From: an uncultured Acidobacteriota bacterium
GTDB taxonomy: Bacteria > Acidobacteriota > Thermoanaerobaculia > UBA5066 > Gp7-AA6
DNA: 64,000 nt
Direction of reading: 5' to 3'
Assembly (NCBI GenBank): GCA_963764715.1
Contig: CAVXTP010000006.1
Span: forward strand, 256,001-320,000
Within the stretch, counting starts at the first letter, position 1. Every line of letters begins with the position of its first letter. Below the pieces are notes generated by a model. It saw only the letters and a list, made by a program, of their open reading frames with translations, did no database searches and was not told the DNA's origin. Positions 48,919 through 56,800 of the stretch are shown here, one piece after another. The position numbers were made by a program, and so were the translations under genes.

Positions 48919-50006
48919 CGGCTCGCATCCCGGCCTTCGAGTTCGAGAAGGACCTGTCGGCCGCCGCGACGATTCCCTCGTCCTGGTACACCGACCCGGG
49001 AGTGCTGTCTCTCGAGCAGGACCGGATTTTCGCGAAGACGTGGCAGCTCGTCGGCCACACCGAGCAGGTGCGCCTCCCGGGCGACTACTTCACCTGCACC
49101 GTGGCGGACGAGCCGCTCGTCGTGACGCGGGCCGAGGACGGCGCGATCCACGCCTTCTCCAACGTATGCCGGCACCGCGCCGGCCCCGTCGCGCGGGGCT
49201 CGGGGCACCGCAAGGCGCTGATGTGCGGCTACCACGGCTGGACCTACGGTCTCGACGGAAGGCTGCAGAACACGCCCGAGTGGGAGGGCGTGCGCTGCTT
49301 CGAGCGGGAAAGGCAGAACCTCCCGGCCGCGCGGGTCGACGCGTGGGGGCCGTTCCTGTTCGTCTGCCTCGAGCCGTCCGCTCCGCCGCTCTCGACGGTG
49401 CTCGGCTCGATCCCGGCCGAGACGAGCCACCTGCCGCTGACCCACATGAGCCTCTTCAAGAAGGTCGACTACGAGGTCCACTGCAACTGGAAGGTCTACG
49501 TCGACAACTACCTCGAGGGGTACCACATCCCCATCGTCCACCCCGATCTCTTCCAGGAGCTCGATTACCGCGCGTACAAGGTCGAGACCGCCGCATACCA
49601 CTCCAAGCAGCACGCGCCGATCCGCTCGAAGAACGAGGAGTCCCTCTACCGGCGCAATCTCCCCGACGGGCACGAGCCGGAGGCCCTCTACTACTGGGTC
49701 TTTCCGAACCTGATGTTGAACCTCTACCCCGACAACCTGCAGACGAACATCATCCAGCCGCTCGGTCCGGAGAAGACGCTGACGCGCTTCGAGTGGTACG
49801 TGCTCGAGCCCAACAGCCCGGGCGTCGCCGAAGAGTTCGCGCGTTCCTTCGCGTTTTCCGACCAGGTCCAGCAGGAGGACATCGGAATCTGCGAGGCGGT
49901 GCACCGGGGGCTGCGGTCGCGGACCTACGATCGCGGGCGGTACTCGGTGCTCCGTGAGAACGGCCTGCATCACTTCCACGAGCTGCTGACGCGCGCGCTG
50001 CGGTAG
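48915..50006 (+). CDS. Rieske oxygenase alpha subunit (choline monooxygenase-like)
   Basis: NVCRHRA...CGYHGW, NWKVYVDNYLEGYH..VH, QQEDIGICE; GTG overlaps the tetR stop. Confidence 0.92.
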   Translation: MTARIPAFEFEKDLSAAATIPSSWYTDPGVLSLEQDRIFAKTWQLVGHTEQVRLPGDYFTCTVADEPLVVTRAEDGAIHAFSNVCRHRAGPVARGSGHRKALMCGYHGWTYGLDGRLQNTPEWEGVRCFERERQNLPAARVDAWGPFLFVCLEPSAPPLSTVLGSIPAETSHLPLTHMSLFKKVDYEVHCNWKVYVDNYLEGYHIPIVHPDLFQELDYRAYKVETAAYHSKQHAPIRSKNEESLYRRNLPDGHEPEALYYWVFPNLMLNLYPDNLQTNIIQPLGPEKTLTRFEWYVLEPNSPGVAEEFARSFAFSDQVQQEDIGICEAVHRGLRSRTYDRGRYSVLRENGLHHFHELLTRALR

Positions 50007-50033
50007 GCTGCAATTCCCTGTCGCGCCCCGGTT

Positions 50034-50153
50034 GTAGGGGCGGCCCTTGTGGCCGCCCTCGGCGCATCCGGGAGGGGACAGCCGACCACCGAAGGCAGAC
50101 CCCCGGCAGTAGGCAACGCCGGCCTGGCGGCCGGCGGTAACCCCCGCCCCCAC
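50034..50153. repeat. REP doublet: simple GTAG REP plus inverted extended element
   Basis: GTAGGGGCGGCCCTTGTGGCCGCCC followed by the reverse complement of the 14759-14842 element. Confidence 0.8.
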
Positions 50154-50254
50154 GACGCGAGTGCGCCCTGCGCCGCCAACCTGCTAACCTCGCCGTCATC
50201 TCTTCCGACGAACGCTGCGCGACCCGCTCCCACCCGGCGGGACTCCACCAGGCG

Positions 50255-51619
50255 ATGGGGTTCCGCGACGTCCTTTTCTTCCTCGTCACCGCGGGCACCA
50301 ACCTCCAGTGGGTCGCGACGGCCGCCGCCGGCGGAGCCTCGGCGATCACGGTCTGGTTCATCGGCTTCCTCGCAATGGGAATGCCGCTCGCGATCTGCGT
50401 CATCGCGCTCTCGTCGCGGCACCCGGACGAAGGGGGCCTCTACGTCTGGGCCAGGGTCGCCTTCGGCGACTTCGCCGGGTTCATCACGGGCTGGGCGTAC
50501 TGGATGTCGAACCTGCCGTACTTCCCCGCCGTCCTCTACTTCGCCGCCGGAAACGCGCTCTACGCCGGCGGGCAGCGGTGGCTGGGCCTCTCCGGCGACC
50601 CCTCCTACTTCATCACGGCGTCTCTCGTCGGGCTCCTGATCGGGACCGTCCTCAACATCGTCGGCGTCGAGATCGGCAAGTGGCTCTCCAACGCCGGCGC
50701 GATCGCGCGCTGGGTCGTGACGGTCCTCCTCGTCGTCCTGGGCGTGATGGCGTACGCGAAATTCGGATCGGCCACGCGCTTTTCGGCGGGCGCCCTCTGG
50801 CCGACGGCTCACCTGAAGGACATCATCTTCTGGTCGACGATCGCCTTCGCCATGACCGGGCTCGAGTCGGCGTCCTTCATGGGCTCCGAGATCCGAAACG
50901 CCGAGCGCGTCGTCCCGCGCGCCATCCTCGTGTCGCTCCCCGTCATCCTCGTCATCTATCTCGGCGGCACGATGGCTGTCCTCGTGGCCCTTCCGGTCGG
51001 TGAAGTCAGCGGCCTCGAGGGCATCATGCAGGCCATCCAGAAGATGGAGGCCCGGCTCGTCATTCCGGGCGTCTCGGCGGTCGCGGCGGCCCTGATCACC
51101 GTGACCGCTCTCGGAAGCGTGGGCGCCTGGCTCGCCTCGGTCGCCCGCATCCCCTTCGTCGCGGGGATCGACCACTTCCTTCCCGAGGGCTTCGGCCGCG
51201 TCCACCCCCGCTGGGGCACGCCCTGGGTCGCGCTCCTCGCGCAGTCGGCCATCACCGCGGTCTTCGTCTTCATCGGGCAGGCCGGGACCTCGGTGCGCGG
51301 CGCCTACGACGCCCTCGTCTCGATGACGATCATCTGGTACTTCATCCCGTTCCTGTTCCTCTTCCCGGCGGCGATCAAGCTGCGGGGCGAGCTCAACCTT
51401 CCGGGGTTCCGCGTCCCCGGCGGCCGGACGGGTGTCGCGATCTTCGGGGCCCTCGGCATCGTGACGACGCTCGCCTCGATCGTCCTCTCGCTCTACCCGT
51501 CGGGCAACGAGGCGCACCCGCTGCGCGCGGTCGTCAAGGTCGTGGGCCTGACAATCGCGATGCTCGCCGCCGGCGTCGGCGTGTACTGGAAGGGGCGGCA
51601 GGCATCGAAGAGCGAGTGA
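50255..51619 (+). CDS. APC family amino acid/polyamine permease
   Basis: About 12 TM helices, PDEGGLYVW, GLESASFMGSEI, ARIPF...LPEGFGRVHPRWGTP. Confidence 0.92.
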   Translation: MGFRDVLFFLVTAGTNLQWVATAAAGGASAITVWFIGFLAMGMPLAICVIALSSRHPDEGGLYVWARVAFGDFAGFITGWAYWMSNLPYFPAVLYFAAGNALYAGGQRWLGLSGDPSYFITASLVGLLIGTVLNIVGVEIGKWLSNAGAIARWVVTVLLVVLGVMAYAKFGSATRFSAGALWPTAHLKDIIFWSTIAFAMTGLESASFMGSEIRNAERVVPRAILVSLPVILVIYLGGTMAVLVALPVGEVSGLEGIMQAIQKMEARLVIPGVSAVAAALITVTALGSVGAWLASVARIPFVAGIDHFLPEGFGRVHPRWGTPWVALLAQSAITAVFVFIGQAGTSVRGAYDALVSMTIIWYFIPFLFLFPAAIKLRGELNLPGFRVPGGRTGVAIFGALGIVTTLASIVLSLYPSGNEAHPLRAVVKVVGLTIAMLAAGVGVYWKGRQASKSE

Positions 51620-51757
51620 GGTCGGTGCCTGGAGCTCGAACCGGATCGGAGTGGTAAGCTCCACACGCGCGTGGCTGGTCCATTACTCGAACGTCGACTC
51701 GGACCCGGATCGACGGACTTCCTCACGAAAACCCGTTCCTGATCCGTACTACGCGGC

Positions 51758-52258
51758 ATGGACGAGAGCATCCTGTGGGCGAATGCGCGAGTCGCGGAAT
51801 CGATTGTCACGGATGCGAAGCGACGCTCGAGCCTTCTTGCCATCGCCAAAGCGGGCTTCGGGATCCGGGCCGGGGACGCCGAAGACCTCATCCAGGAAAC
51901 GGCCCTCCGCGTCGTCGAGTATGCCAACGTCATCAGGGATCCGGCCGCTTTCTTCTTTACGGTGTTTCGAAATCTCTGCACCGCGACCCTTCGGGAGAAC
52001 CAAGTATTCCTTCGATCGTCGTTTGCCACTCTGGACCTGCCCGACGAGCGCCGGGGGCGGCCTCTGCGGGCCGAGGATCGGATCGCCGTGCGTGAGGCGC
52101 TCGCGTCGATCTCCGAACGATGCCGGGACCTGCTGGTTCAGCACTACCTCTACGGACGAAAGGTGCGTGACGTCGCGAGGGCGGCAAAACTGACGGAGGG
52201 CACTGCGTCCAGAACGATCGGTCGCTGCCTCCAAAGTCTCCGAAAGGCCCTTGCGTGA
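51758..52258 (+). CDS. ECF-type sigma-70 factor
   Basis: DAEDLIQET (region 2), ALASISERCRDLLVQHYLYG..VRDVA...EGTASRTIGRCL (region 4). Confidence 0.8.
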   Translation: MDESILWANARVAESIVTDAKRRSSLLAIAKAGFGIRAGDAEDLIQETALRVVEYANVIRDPAAFFFTVFRNLCTATLRENQVFLRSSFATLDLPDERRGRPLRAEDRIAVREALASISERCRDLLVQHYLYGRKVRDVARAAKLTEGTASRTIGRCLQSLRKALA

Positions 52259-53620
52259 CCCGGCATCTCGACGACCTGACGCTCCTTGCGCTGGCCAGCG
52301 GAGAGGCCGGATCGACCGGCGAAAGCCAGCATCTCCAGCTTTGCTCGAAATGCTCCTCCGCTTTCGCCCGGATGCTCAGGCTCGACCACGCATTGCGGCA
52401 GTTCGCAGCCAGCCAACCGGACACCCTGACCGCAACGGAATCTCTCCCAGACGGCGACTTCTATTCCCGCCGGCCCCCGGCTCGGAGGCATCGCCGCGCC
52501 GCCGGCGGTCGGCTTCCCGAGCTCGTCTCGACGCTCGAGAACTCGCGTGCGGTCACGCTCCGCCTGCGAGCCGCACGAACGAACTCCACGAAACTTCTGT
52601 CGGTGCTCGAGAACCTCAGCCTCGACGATCCAGGAGCGCGCCTGGGCCTGCTGCATGCTCTCCAGGAGGCCGGCCGCTCGATTGCCGAGGGTGCGGAGCG
52701 GGCGGCGAGCTTCGCTGCAGCCACTCTCGCCGCTGTCCGGCCCGTCTCCGGAAAATTCGAGGGGGTCGTTCCCGGGTCGACGATCGTCGCTCAGGCTCGC
52801 GTCCTGGCGGCCCAGGCGGACATCTGGTTCCAGAGATTCGGGCCCGGCCGGCCGACACCTGAAGGCGGCCTACAAGGCCTTTGCCCGGGTCGGCGACATG
52901 GTCGGACTTGCGATCGTCGAGCTCAACGAGGCGCAGCGCCGGGCTCTGAGCGGCGACGGAGCAGCCGCGCTGCCACTGGCCAGGAGGTCGAGGATCGCGT
53001 TCTCGGCGCTCGGCATGGAGGACCAGGCGGCGCGGGGCCTTGCGACCGAGGCGCTCGCCTATTCCGCCCTCGGCCGGCTCGAGGAATCCATCCGAGCCTG
53101 TCGGGAGGCGATTCCGACCTTCGAGCGGCACGGCCTCTGGGCCAACTACGTCGGCGCCGTCAACTCCGCAGCCACGTCGCTGCAAGCATTGGGGCGGCTG
53201 GACGAGGCGCGGCGCGACTATGCCCGCGCCTACCGCCGGATCTCGAGGACCGAGCACCGATCCTGGCTCGGGTTCCTGCGCGGCGGCCTGGCCGAGGTCT
53301 TCTTCGCGGCCGGGCGGTTTCCGGAGGCTGCGGCCGCAGCCTCGGCCGCTTCGGGCCTGTTCCGCGAATCGGGCCTGACGGCAAACGCACTGCTCGTCGG
53401 CCCGCTCGAGATCGAGTCCTGGTCACGGGCGGGGCGCCATGATCGCGCCCGCGCACGCGTAAGGTCCTTGAGAGCGGAACTCAGGCGCGCCCGGCGTCTC
53501 GATCCGGACGTCCGGGCTCGAGTCGAAGGCTCCCTGACCCGCGCGAAGGAAGGGCTCTCTCGCCTCCGAAGAGTCCGGCACACCCCTCGCGACCCTCTCG
53601 TCCAGCCCGCCTCGCGCTGA
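52255..53620 (+). CDS. Putative anti-sigma factor: zinc-finger-like N-terminus plus TPR repeats; one apparent frameshift near 52845
   Basis: HLDDLTLLAL...HLQLCSKC; TPR-like helices (ALAYSALGRLEESI, LQALGRLDEARRDY) continue in ORF 52547-53620; GTGA overlap with the sigma gene. Confidence 0.65.
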
Positions 53621-53870
53621 TACTCAAAAAAAGTCTGTCCTGATTCTTCTCCGTTTCGACTCTTCATCTGTGAATGAAGGCGAACGGGAGCGCTCCATGG
53701 CTCGCCTCCACCCCGGCCCCGCCACGAGACCGGCAAGGAGGAAAGCATGTCGAGCATCCAGGGCCCCGTCCCCAACTGACTCGCCTCGCGAATCCCGGAT
53801 CGAGCCGCGTGCGCCCCGCGCGGCTCGGTCCGGATCTTCTGCATCAGGTCGAAGCGAAAGGAGAGGAGAC

Positions 53871-56800
53871 ATGAAGAAGGCGAGAGCAATCCGTCGGACG
53901 TCCGCACGAGGGAAATGGTCCGCGAGGCGTCGCATTCCGCTCACCCCCGTCGTCCTTCTCCTCGCCACGCTGAGAATCGCGTTGCCCGCGAGCCTCTGGG
54001 CTCAGAACGGCCCCGACAACGACGCGGACGTGGCCGCGGGGCTGACGAACAGCGTCTTCGAGACCAGTCCGATCGATTCGATCAATCTGTACAACGGTCA
54101 GCTGACGGTGCCGATCCCCATCGGGCCGTCCTATCCGATCGGCCCGAAGCTCCGAATGCAACTTGCATTGAGCTACACATCGCGCGTCGACGACTACGGC
54201 CGTCCCGCGACGCAGAGTCCCGACTTCTTCTACAAGCCGCTGGTCGGCAATCCGTCGCTCCCGATCGGCTGGGAGCTCACTCTCGGTGCAATCAAGGACT
54301 GCAAACACGGGGGCGCCTCCGGGAAGTGCCTCTTCTCTCCGGATGGCAGCCAGCACATGTTCAACAAGACGCAGGGCAACGGGAAGGTCACGGGCGACGG
54401 CTCCCAGTACTTTCTGAAGGGGTCCGGGCCCTACGACATGTGGGATGGCGATGGCAATCACTACTTCTTCAACTGGCAAGTGACGGGTTACGACGACAGT
54501 CTGACGAATTACACGCACGACTTCGGGATCGGCAGAAACGGCTGGTACCTTTCGTCGGTGACGGACCCCTTCGGGAACTCTTACTCGGTCTCCTATTACT
54601 CGAGCATTTCAACTCCGAACTGGACGCCGACGAGCAACGGCTGCGGCACCGCCTGGCCGATGCAGAATCCGACGCAGACGAACACGTGGATCCTGAAAGA
54701 CATCACGCTTCCTTCGGCCAGCACGATTCACGTTGTCCAGGGGAACGTCAACGGCGTCAATGGAATGATCACGTCGGTCCAGTTCCCGGAGCTGGTCGGA
54801 GGGGCTTCGGTGACCAAGACGTGGACTCTCGCCAACAACGCAACGCCCCAACCGTACTCCCGAACCTGCACTTCACCGAGCGCGATCGTCGTCCCGCTCC
54901 AGGTCCTGCAGCAGCTCCAGCTGCCATCCGATCTCGTTGGCGCGCCGAAGTACGAGTTCACGTACGCCAGCAACGGATTGCTCTCAAAGGTCAAGCTACC
55001 GACTCTGGGCGAGATCTCGTACTGCTGGTCGGGCTTCGCCTTCTACCATGGCCGCGCGGGCAAGAATGAGCCCGGCTGCGGCAACCTCGCCTTGAGCGAC
55101 AATGACTCCATCCTCGTGACCCCGCCTGCGTGCACCGGCCTCGAGCCGGAACCTTCCCCGGAGCCCGAGATTCCCGGAGGCTGCTCCGGTTCCAACGAGA
55201 CGCAATGGACCGACGGCGTGACGGCGATCCGCCGCCGGACCGAGACCGTCGGCGGTGCGTCCTACGCGACCGAATTCACTCAGTACGCATTCCCGAGGGG
55301 AGAAGCCGGATCCAAGGTGACGCCGCTCGAGCCCCAGACGCTGACCGTCGTCCGTTACCCGCCGACCGACAAGACCGGATCAAACGACCGGACTCGAGCC
55401 AAGGCGGTCCTCTTCAAGTGCAGCCCCGAGATCTACTCGACGCCCAACGGGCCAAGGACACGGCCCAGTGTGCCCGGTGATCGGGTCGGCGCGCCCCTGG
55501 AGGTGCGGTACTTCGAAGACGATCCGAATCAAACCACCGGCCTCCTGGACGACACCGTGGCCATGTGCCCCGGCACGGGTGTGGACAAGCCCTTCTGCGG
55601 GAGCAAGGCGGTCCGCGTCGCAAAACTGGATTACGAATACGACGATGCCGGACATCAGGAGGGAAACCGTCGCCTCGATTTTTCCAAGACGATTTACGGA
55701 GCAGCAACTTGCGCCGGATGCCCCTACCACCAGATTGACCTTTCCCTCGGGGTGGGCGAGACGTGGGAAGGCAACGGCCGCCATTACGGCATCGAAGCGC
55801 ACTCTGGAACGCTCGGAGGCGACGCGCGAACGATCGTCACCGACTGGGCACAGGTGAACTGGGTCTCGGGGCCTCCAGCCGACGGCGTCGTCCTGCCGAA
55901 CATCGTCAACCAGCGCACGACGACCCAGGGCACTTCCGTGCGCGACGAGTACTTCGACTTCGATACCGCCTCGACGCCGCCCACCGATTTCCTGAAAGGG
56001 ACATTCCTCTACGACGCCGCCAAGGACATCGCGCTCATCAACTGTCGCTACGATGACGGCAACGGGAGCGCCGACAAGGAATTCACCCGAACGCTTTCGA
56101 CGACGTCGATCCCTTCGCGTACCTACTGCTCCGACAACTACTCGACCTTTCCGACCGTTGGCAACGATGGCGACTTTTTCGGGAAGGACTACACGTGGCA
56201 GCACGGCGAGCTCCTCAACGCCCGCTGGATCAACGGCACCGTGGGCTCCTCGACGTTCAAGGTCGAAGACTACGCTCGGGACGCGACGACGGGCTGGATC
56301 ACCTCTTCCACCGATACGGCCGGCCGAACGACTCTTTTCAAGTACGACAGCATGGGCCGCGCTACCGAGGCGGACCCGCCGGCGACGAACGAGTTCACCA
56401 CGTTTACCTGCTACGAGGGTCCGAACGAAACGACCGTCTATCGGGCCTCGGCCGCGATCGCGTGCCCGGTCGCCGCCAGCGGCAGCGCGACGACGTGGCA
56501 GCACACGACCTACGACGGCCTCGGGCGCGTGATCCGCGAGCAACGGAAGGTCTCGGGCGTCCCGACCACCAACCTCTCGAAGCGCTTCTTTCAGTTCGAT
56601 GGCCGCGGCAACCAGACATTCCAGTCGGAGTGGCTTGCGTGCACGTCGAGCCCCTGCCAGACGAACGATGAGGCGCTGACCCTGGACCTCGACACAGCTT
56701 GCGTGTTCAGCGGAGGCAATCAGTCCGCCCGGAAGCGGTCCTCGACCGCACCCGGCACCTGGAGCGCTTGCTGGGACCCCTTCGGCCGTCCGCAGCAGGT

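Noticed and set aside
53670-53870. ORF-track N-terminal extension of the Rhs protein
   Set aside because: The ATG at 53871 has a strong GGAG RBS and gives a plausible signal peptide; the upstream part is probably promoter and leader.
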